NCBI GenBank assembly: GCA_041498975.1
Contig: JBGQJI010000048.1
Span: 1-16,693, forward strand
Direction: 5' to 3'
Length of the DNA: 16,693 bases
Origin: Candidatus Methylomirabilis sp.
Lineage (GTDB): Bacteria; Methylomirabilota; Methylomirabilia; Methylomirabilales; Methylomirabilaceae
Shown: piece after piece, positions 14,706-16,693 of the stretch
Numbering within the stretch: position 1 is the stretch's first letter
Layout: each line of letters begins with the position of its first letter
Translations under genes and position numbers: made by a program
The notes under the pieces: generated by a model
Database searches by the model: none
The model's input: the letters and a program-made list of their open reading frames with translations, nothing else
What the model was told of the DNA's origin: nothing

Positions 14706-16693
14706 ATGACACGTATCAGGGGGCTCGGGGAGGGACAGTGGCGGGGGCCCCTGTTTGCCGGGGTCGCGGTCCTTGCGCTGACCGTGGGGCTTGCCCGCCC
14801 CGCGGGGGCGGCGACGCGCTTCGTCGCCACCACAGGAAACGATAGCAGCAACACCTGCATCTCCTCCGGCGCCCCCTGCAAGACGATCACCCACGCCCTC
14901 AGCCAGGCCGTTGCCACCGACACGATCCAGGTTGCGGCCGGGACCTACAACCTCGCCCTCGGGGAGACCTTCCCCCTTGTGATCAGCAAGAACCTGACGC
15001 TCATCGGCGCGGGGGCCGGGAGCACGATCTTCGACGCCACCGGCGCGAACCAGCGCGTCATCACGATTAATTCTGGGACGGTGACTATCGCCGGGGTCAC
15101 GATCACAGGCGGCCGCGTGAGCTGCACTGCCAGCGGAAGCGGCTCCTTCTGCAACGCCAATGGCGGCGGCCTCCTCAACTTCGGCACCGCGACGCTCACG
15201 AACGTCATGCTGAGCGGGAACACGGCGAGCTGCACCGGCAATTGCGAAAGCAACGGCGGCGGCCTGAGCAATGGTCCGTTTGGTTTTGGTATCCTGAACC
15301 TCACGAACAGCACGGTGACCGGGAACACGGCGACCTGCACTCCCGGGCTCGGCTGCGGAGCCGATGGCGGCGGCCTCTACAACGATGGTACCCTCAACCT
15401 CACGAACAGCATCGTGAGCGGGAACACGGCGACCTGCACCAACAGCGGAAGCGGCTCCTGCGGCGCCGAGGGCGGCGGGATTTATAGTCACCACGAGGGC
15501 ACCCTGACCGTCACGACCAGCACGGTGAGCGGGAACACGGCGACCTGCACTCCCAGCGGAAGCGGCTCGTGCAGCGCCCTCGGCGGCGGCCTCACCAACA
15601 ACGAGGGTACCTTGACCCTCACGGCCAGTACCGTGAGCGGGAACACGGTGAGTTGCACCGCCAGCGCAAGCGGCCACTGCGGCACCCAGGGCGGCGGCCT
15701 CTGGCTCGAGGGCACTCTGACCCTCACGAACAGCATCGTGAGCGGGAACACGGCGAGCTGCAGCGGTACTGGCTGCACCGCCGCGGCCGGCGGCCTCCTC
15801 CTACCCTTTGACACCCTGACCCTCACGAACAGCACTGTGAGCGGGAACACGGCGAGCTGCAGCGGCGCCGGCTGCGGCGCCGCGGGCGGCGGCCTCACCA
15901 ACCGCTCCGACGCCACCCTGACCCTCAGGAACAGCACTGTGAGCGGGAACACGGTCTCCTGCAGCGGCGCCGGCTGCACCGCCTCGGGCGGCGGCCTCAT
16001 CAACGTCAGCGGCACCGTGACGCTCCAGAACACGATCGTCGCGAAGCAGCTCGCGGGCCCCGACTGCGCCGGCACCATCACCTCGAACGGCTTCAACCTC
16101 GACAGCGACAACACCTGTCACCTCACGCAACCGAGCGACAAGCCGAATGTGAGCAACCCCCTCCTCGGCCCCCTGCAGGACAACGGCGGCCCCACCTTCA
16201 CCCACGCGCTCCTTCCCGGGAGTCCCGCGATCGACGCCGTCACCAGCGGCTGCCCGCCCCCTGCCACCGACCAGCGCGGCGTAGCCCGGCCGCAGGATGG
16301 CACCGGCGATGGCACCGCGGCCTGCGACATCGGGGCGTATGAGGCGGCCGGCTCCAATGCGGCAGCAGTTTCCGCCTTCGTCACCCGCCTCTACCAGACG
16401 GTGCTGGGCCGCGAGCCGGACCCCCCCGGCCTGGCGGCCTTCATCGATCAGATCCAGGAGTTCGGCACGGTCATCCCGACCGTCCTCGCCTTCTTCCACT
16501 CGCAAGAGTTCCTGAGCCACCAGCTCACTGACGTGCAGTTCCTCACGGTGCTCTACCGGACCTTCCTGAACCGCGACCCGGACCCGGCCGGCCTCGCCGC
16601 CTTCCTGGCGCTGCTGCAGAGCGGCTGCCGGACCCGCGACACCCTCCTCGCGGCCTTGAGCTTCTCGGACGAGTTCCGGAGCCTCGTCCCCCC
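14706..16693 (+). CDS. Large secreted surface protein (3' partial): signal peptide, DUF1565-like N-cap, right-handed beta-helix repeats, choice-of-anchor Q domain, DUF4214 repeats
   Basis: Open frame from ATG 14706 (AGGAGAAGGG upstream) to the window end with no stop, about 662 codons, absent from the ORF track. Translation: ...LALTVGLARPAGA, ATRFVATTGND..PCKTITHAL..IQVAAGTY, LTLTNSTVSGNTA..GGG repeats, LLGPLQDNGGPTFTHALLPGSPAID..TDQRG..CDIGAYE, FVTRLYQTVLGREPD..G..SQEF, LYRTFLNRDPDPAG..SDEF. Confidence 0.9.
   Translation, partial: MTRIRGLGEGQWRGPLFAGVAVLALTVGLARPAGAATRFVATTGNDSSNTCISSGAPCKTITHALSQAVATDTIQVAAGTYNLALGETFPLVISKNLTLIGAGAGSTIFDATGANQRVITINSGTVTIAGVTITGGRVSCTASGSGSFCNANGGGLLNFGTATLTNVMLSGNTASCTGNCESNGGGLSNGPFGFGILNLTNSTVTGNTATCTPGLGCGADGGGLYNDGTLNLTNSIVSGNTATCTNSGSGSCGAEGGGIYSHHEGTLTVTTSTVSGNTATCTPSGSGSCSALGGGLTNNEGTLTLTASTVSGNTVSCTASASGHCGTQGGGLWLEGTLTLTNSIVSGNTASCSGTGCTAAAGGLLLPFDTLTLTNSTVSGNTASCSGAGCGAAGGGLTNRSDATLTLRNSTVSGNTVSCSGAGCTASGGGLINVSGTVTLQNTIVAKQLAGPDCAGTITSNGFNLDSDNTCHLTQPSDKPNVSNPLLGPLQDNGGPTFTHALLPGSPAIDAVTSGCPPPATDQRGVARPQDGTGDGTAACDIGAYEAAGSNAAAVSAFVTRLYQTVLGREPDPPGLAAFIDQIQEFGTVIPTVLAFFHSQEFLSHQLTDVQFLTVLYRTFLNRDPDPAGLAAFLALLQSGCRTRDTLLAALSFSDEFRSLVP
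15114..15995 (+). repeat. Intragenic tandem repeat, nine units of about 33-37 codons
   Basis: GGGAACACGG recurs at 15216, 15321, 15420, 15531, 15639, 15744, 15843 and 15945 (spacings 105, 99, 111, 108, 105, 99, 102; all multiples of 3). One further degenerate unit lies upstream. Confidence 0.9.

Noticed and set aside
15216..15954. Regularly spaced repeats resembling a CRISPR array or DGR template
   Set aside because: Spacings are all multiples of 3 within a coding frame, the intervening sequences are homologous, and there are no cas or reverse transcriptase genes in the window.
14514..16520. Minus-strand ORFs 14514..15677, 14945..15340, 15488..16114 and 15801..16520
   Set aside because: Antisense shadows of the + strand beta-helix protein.

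Overview
GC-rich bacterial chromosomal window. 1411-5083 is a + strand run of a YprB/RNase_H_2-like exonuclease, mtaB, mtnP (MTA phosphorylase) and a PfkB kinase. 5274-11336 encodes a propionyl-CoA to succinyl-CoA cluster: carboxyltransferase, biotin carboxylase, biotin carrier, the substrate-binding subunit of methylmalonyl-CoA mutase, and the epimerase; no B12-binding subunit is present in the window. A secreted FlgT-C/CsgG-like + FG-GAP protein follows. The accessory right end holds a frameshifted RHH antitoxin remnant, a minus-strand two-gene operon (unknown protein + RHH protein) with a palindromic operator in its promoter, and a large secreted Cys-loop beta-helix/choice-of-anchor-Q/DUF4214 protein that the ORF track misses and that runs off the window. 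Notable non-coding structure: a 309-bp MITE-like element (22-bp TIRs, perfect 9-bp target duplication), a second 104-bp element with perfect 15-bp IRs, and five intergenic inverted heptamer tandem-repeat hairpins from three sequence families. All family assignments come from motif recognition, not database searches.
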